From Piedraia hortae CBS 480.64 (taxonomy: Eukaryota): a stretch of 60,195 nucleotides of DNA. Under the pieces are notes generated by a model. That model had not been told where the DNA came from. It saw only the letters and a program-made list of their open reading frames with translations, and did not search any database. Positions 60,101-60,195 of the stretch are shown here, one piece after another; positions within the stretch are counted from its first letter, which is position 1; each line of letters starts with the position of its first letter. The stretch covers positions 62,001 through 122,195 of the forward strand of contig MU005977.1 of assembly GCA_010093745.1 (NCBI GenBank), in the 5' to 3' direction. The translations under genes were made by a program, and so were the position numbers.

Positions 60101-60195
60101 CGTAGACCACGCACAAACAAATCCTCTCAAAAAGCTGTCCTCTCAAACAACAATTTACATACCACACACACCAAACCCCCCATCCTATCAAACCT

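Noticed and set aside
57300..60195. Protein-coding genes or a telomere-linked helicase remnant at the right end
   Set aside because: Only short stop-ridden ORFs with no convincing motif order; left unassigned.

Overview
Gene-dense genomic DNA from a filamentous ascomycete (Pezizomycotina). Introns are short (~45-55 nt) with GT..CTRAC..YAG signals; finer taxonomy is not established from this sequence. Two compact blocks of conserved genes (1-4.7 kb and 16.7-46.3 kb) carry a Ppo/linoleate diol synthase tail, RPB3, a CUE-like protein, mitochondrial AAT, YPD1, RPL3, SEC61, DUF3112, DUF2470, two small paralogues with a shared LEA-type C-terminal motif, a GAS2/GAR protein, an AAA ATPase, a PAL pseudogene, MNN11, GEP3, MGE1, an aspartic protease, an asparaginase, an OCRL-like 5-phosphatase and two paralogous small secreted Cys-rich proteins. 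Two gene-poor accessory islands lie at ~5.0-16.6 kb and ~46.9-60.2 kb and share homologous parts. These are four copies of one ~360-370 bp LTR (three solo LTRs with 5-bp TSDs), a decayed gene family Y, and two copies of an unrecognised gene X whose ~240-aa core appears to be under purifying selection. The right island also holds a 2.46-kb CACTA transposon with TIRs, subterminal repeats and a transposase remnant. The core blocks show repeated abrupt switches from C/A-rich to G/T-rich sequence. All assignments come from reading and motif recall; no database search was run.
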